The position numbers and the translations under genes were made by a program. 64,000 bases of DNA, from the NCBI GenBank assembly GCA_044222185.1, contig JBGANV010000006.1:344108-408107 (forward strand), written 5' to 3'. This stretch comes from Planctomycetota bacterium. GTDB lineage: Bacteria > Planctomycetota > GCA-002687715 > CAIWVZ01. The notes under the pieces were generated by a model. That model did no database searches, was not told where the DNA came from, and worked only from the letters and a program-made list of their open reading frames with translations. Positions 60,721 to 64,000 of the stretch are shown here, piece after piece; the first letter of the stretch is position 1; every line of letters begins with the position of its first letter.

Positions 60721-61452
60721 ATGGAGAAGTCGTCGATCACGCGGCGCGAGGCGATCGGCATGGGTGCCGTCGGCATCGCGGCAGCCTCGCTCCGGCCCGA
60801 AACACTCTTCTCGAAGGAACCGAGCATGAACGCACGTCAGGATGGGAAGCCCGCCCCCGCCGCGCCCGCCGCACCGGCGCCCTACGCCGCCCGCGACTAC
60901 TCCGGCCTGATCGGGATGGAGGGGTTCAGCAAGACGCTGATCGAGAACCACCTCACCCTCTACCAGGGCTACGTGAAGAACACGAACGCGGCGATCTCGG
61001 CCCTCGCGGAGCTGTCGAAGAACAACCAGCTCGCCACTCCTGCTGCCGCCGAGATTCGCCGCCGCTTCGGGTGGGAGTTCAACGGCATGCGACTCCACGA
61101 GCTGTACTTCGAGAACCTGGGCTCGAAGGACCCGCTCAAGCCGGATTCCGCGCTCGCCAAGGGGCTCGCGGAGCACTTCGGGAGCGTCGAGAACTGGGCG
61201 AAGGACTTCAAGGCCGTGGGAGCGATGCGCGGCATCGGCTGGGCGGCACTCGTCCGAGACGGTTGGACTGGTCGCCTGTTCAACGCCTGGATCAACGAGC
61301 ACGACGGCGGCCACCTCGGCTCGTGCCCGATCATCCTCATCATGGACGTCTTCGAGCACGCATACGTCACCGACTACGGCATCAAGCGCCCCGACTACAT
61401 CGAGGCGTTCTTCAAGAACATCAACTGGGCCGCGGTCGAAAAGCGCGCGTGA
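60721..61452 (+). CDS. Fe/Mn superoxide dismutase (ChrC-like subfamily) with Tat-like signal
   Basis: 'ENHLTLYQGYV', 'EFNGMRLHELYFENL', 'MDVFEHAY'; N-terminal 'ITRREAIG'. Confidence 0.92.
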   Translation: MEKSSITRREAIGMGAVGIAAASLRPETLFSKEPSMNARQDGKPAPAAPAAPAPYAARDYSGLIGMEGFSKTLIENHLTLYQGYVKNTNAAISALAELSKNNQLATPAAAEIRRRFGWEFNGMRLHELYFENLGSKDPLKPDSALAKGLAEHFGSVENWAKDFKAVGAMRGIGWAALVRDGWTGRLFNAWINEHDGGHLGSCPIILIMDVFEHAYVTDYGIKRPDYIEAFFKNINWAAVEKRA

Positions 61453-61460
61453 CCGCGATG

Positions 61461-61495
61461 GGATCCTGCGGCGCGACCGGCGCGCCGCGGGATCC
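61461..61495. terminator. Hairpin between convergent genes
   Basis: GGATCCTGCGGCGCG / CGCGCCGCGGGATCC 15-bp stem with one wobble; no U-tract. Confidence 0.45.
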
Positions 61496-61507
61496 AGCGC
61501 CAGGCGG

Positions 61508-62929
61508 TCAGTTGCCGGTCGACGCCTGACGGCGTTGGAGCGAGTTGTTCCACGCGTCGCGCACCCGTTGCGAGGCGTCCCCCGTCGCCAGGGCCTCGAC
61601 GGCCGCGATGTCGGCCGCGCTTCCGAAGTCCGCAATCGTGGCGAAGGCCCACTGCCGGTCGTACTCCAGGGGCTCGCTGATGTGCTGCATGGCGATCGCG
61701 ATGCAGCGCGGGACGTCGTTCGCGCGGGCAAGGGCACGCGCGAACCACAGCCGTGAGTGCGGCGTTGCCGTCGCTTCGAACTGCGCGAACCGTGCTTGGA
61801 TGATGGCGTCGTTCGGGAACGCGGCGCGCGCCTTCACCAACGCGTGGCCGAGACTGTCCTGATCGCTCTGGGTCGTGGCGTCCATTGCGAGCGTCGCACG
61901 CACCTTGAGCTGAGCCTCGGGCGTTCCCAGGCGGAGCAGACAGTCCACGAGGATCAACGCGATCCCCGTGTTTTCGAGGTCGATCTCACGTTGCACGGCG
62001 ATGAACAGCTGCTCCGGCTCATGCGGCGTGTAGGGCGGGATGGCGTGGTTGAAGAGGCGCAGGCAGATGAGACTGCGCACGTCGGCGCGCTGGATGTGGC
62101 CGAGGAGCTTCCACATCAACATCTCGGCCTCTGGCATGAAGCTCGCGATTGGGCGCGTCCGCACCTCGAATTCTGGCGTCGGGGGTGGCGAGGTGAGGGC
62201 TCCGAACTGGATGGAGATGTCGACGCATGCCGTGAGCGCCCCCTCGGGATCGAAACCCGGGTGCGCCGCGAGCAGCGCGGCGAGTTCGTCGCGAACGGCA
62301 GCTTCTGACACGGACTCGGGGGGCGGCGACGTCGTTGCGAGGGCCTTTCCGAGCGGTGCCTTGGACGCTTCGGGTACGGCGGTTCCAGTCGATCTGTTCG
62401 CTGCCGCATCGCCGCGCGCAGTCATGCGAGGCACGAAGTGGCCGACGGCGCCGCCGATCACCAAGGTGGCCGCGAGGAGGCCCGCGAATGCAATCGCTGG
62501 AGCCCGCACGAAGAACCGCTGTCGCGTCGGCGCGTCGGTCGGGATCGCAGGCTCGTCGGCGTCGACGTCCCCCTTCTCGAAGCTTGCGGCGCATTCGCTG
62601 CATTCGGAGAGGTGGCGCGCGATGACCGCTGTCTCGCGTTGATCAGTCTCCGTGCGGCGATAGCGCTCGAAGAGTGCGCGGGCGGCGGCGCAGCTCGTCG
62701 GGGAACGTTCCTCCGACGCGCGACCGACGGCGAGCAGGCTTCGGACGATGATCAGGTCGGCGAGCTTGCGGCGAAGGGCGAGATTTGCCCGAAGGCGTTC
62801 GTGAAGGGACTCTTCCTCTCGTGCCGTCAACGTCCCATCGAGGAGTGCGCCGAGGATCTCGATATCCCCATCGATCCCCGGTCCTCCGGGGTCCGGTTGA
62901 TTTCTTGATCCCTGCGGCTCCATAATCAC
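61508..62929 (-). CDS. Anti-sigma-like membrane protein (zf-HC2 motif, TM helix, HEAT-like C-terminus)
   Basis: 'CAAARALF...HLSECSECA' HxxxCxxC, TM 'AIAFAGLLAATLVIGGAVG', helical repeats. Confidence 0.65.
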   Translation of the reverse strand: MIMEPQGSRNQPDPGGPGIDGDIEILGALLDGTLTAREEESLHERLRANLALRRKLADLIIVRSLLAVGRASEERSPTSCAAARALFERYRRTETDQRETAVIARHLSECSECAASFEKGDVDADEPAIPTDAPTRQRFFVRAPAIAFAGLLAATLVIGGAVGHFVPRMTARGDAAANRSTGTAVPEASKAPLGKALATTSPPPESVSEAAVRDELAALLAAHPGFDPEGALTACVDISIQFGALTSPPPTPEFEVRTRPIASFMPEAEMLMWKLLGHIQRADVRSLICLRLFNHAIPPYTPHEPEQLFIAVQREIDLENTGIALILVDCLLRLGTPEAQLKVRATLAMDATTQSDQDSLGHALVKARAAFPNDAIIQARFAQFEATATPHSRLWFARALARANDVPRCIAIAMQHISEPLEYDRQWAFATIADFGSAADIAAVEALATGDASQRVRDAWNNSLQRRQASTGN

Positions 62930-63052
62930 GTCCCTCCGAGGTCGCGCGTCAGTTTGGCTTCGAATACCGGATGGCTCGCGTCACTCGAAGTCGTTCGCAC
63001 CCGCCTGATCAATGCGTGTTCTGGTCGCACGAGTCTGCCTTCGGTTCGCATC

Positions 63053-63622
63053 ATGCCCCAGCTCAATCGGAAAATGAAGTGGGAAGCGCCCCCAGAATCC
63101 CTGGTGGCCGACCTCGCCCGAGGTGACGGCCTCGGCGCGAGCCGCCTGCTCGATTGGGTCGCGAACCACTTTGATGTCAGTGACGAAGACCTGCGACAGG
63201 ACGCGTTCCTTCGATTGATCGACTATCTCGTCGACTCCAACGGCGCGACGTTCCGCAGAATCCGCAGCGTCGAGGCACTTCTTCGCACTCTCGTCAATCG
63301 CGCCGCGGTGGATCGGGTCCGGCGGGACAAGGCGCGCGCGGACCGCGAGGCCTTGGCGGCGCGGGCAGCGAGTCGACGACCAGCTGCGGCGGCAACGAGC
63401 CGGCTTCCGGTAACCATGGATGTCCTCCTGCGTGCCGCGCGAGCCCTCAGTCCGGTGCAACGTGAAGCATGGCTTCGACATGACATCGAGGGAGCCTCGC
63501 CCGAGCAGGTGTGCCAGGAGGTTTGGGGCGGAGGTGTGGGCCGGCCCTTGCGGAGGCTCAGCGTGCTCCTCGCGCGGGCGCGGGCGCGCATCGCCGCCGA
63601 GATCTCCCGGCTCTCGACGTAG
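63053..63622 (+). CDS. Divergent ECF-type sigma factor
   Basis: Region 2 'EDLRQDAFLRL...NRAAVDRVRR'; region 4 'LSPVQREAWLRHDIEGASPEQV...LLARARARI'. Confidence 0.7.
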   Translation: MPQLNRKMKWEAPPESLVADLARGDGLGASRLLDWVANHFDVSDEDLRQDAFLRLIDYLVDSNGATFRRIRSVEALLRTLVNRAAVDRVRRDKARADREALAARAASRRPAAAATSRLPVTMDVLLRAARALSPVQREAWLRHDIEGASPEQVCQEVWGGGVGRPLRRLSVLLARARARIAAEISRLST

Positions 63623-64000
63623 CCGTGGCGGCGATGTCCCGACTGCGGCGTGCGTCGCTTTCGGGAACCCGCAGGTCGCCGTTCGCCGGCGATCGCTCGG
63701 GAATTTTTTTCAAACCCCGTGAAGCATTCGGCAATTGGTTCCGCCTTCCTGTGACGACTGCCGAGACCTTCAGGTCCGGCAGGCGACGCTTGAGTTCTGG
63801 CGTCGACGGTAGGAGGCCTCGGCACCGGCGGTGCCTCGGCGCGGGCACGACCGGGTCGATCGTGGAAGATCGGTCCGGCCGACCCACGGACCGCGTCCGT
63901 CGCATCGTTTGCGCGGCGCGGGTCCTGGGTTCGCACAAACAGCCCGGCGCGGGTGGTGCCTGCGCGGGGCTGACACTCAGGACGTCGCCCTCGTCGGCAG

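Noticed and set aside
63623-64000. Gene or ncRNA at the right edge
   Set aside because: Only short ORFs without coding signal; the window ends before any assignment is possible.

Overview
High-GC bacterial DNA with about 43 protein-coding genes and no rRNA, tRNA or CRISPR array. The gene content (WD40 Ser/Thr kinase, ECF sigma factors, FG-GAP and ASPIC/UnbV proteins, Gld-type ABC system with DUF4340) suggests a Planctomycetota-like organism; this is inference. Housekeeping genes include acs, ettA, pdxH, topB, rocF and a Fe/Mn SOD. Five observations stand out. (1) Four unrelated Sec-exported modular proteins (LamG, FG-GAP, two S8 proteases) end in one of two shared, unnamed ~110-125 aa C-terminal domains, a candidate lineage-specific sorting or anchoring signal. 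(2) Four intergenic tandem arrays (units of 116, 193, 206 and 184-185 bp) are built on one ~50-bp double-hairpin REP-like head whose stems co-vary, and one array is split at a unit junction by an IS3-type element. (3) A tightly coupled operon encodes a transglutaminase-like lipoprotein, TusA-like and DsrE proteins and a TusA::MetE-like fusion, behind a possible Cys-containing leader peptide. (4) Many genes have a TANNNT box 6-9 nt before the start codon and no Shine-Dalgarno, suggesting leaderless mRNAs. (5) Several enzyme homologs have lost catalytic residues. All calls come from reading motifs by eye; no database search was run.
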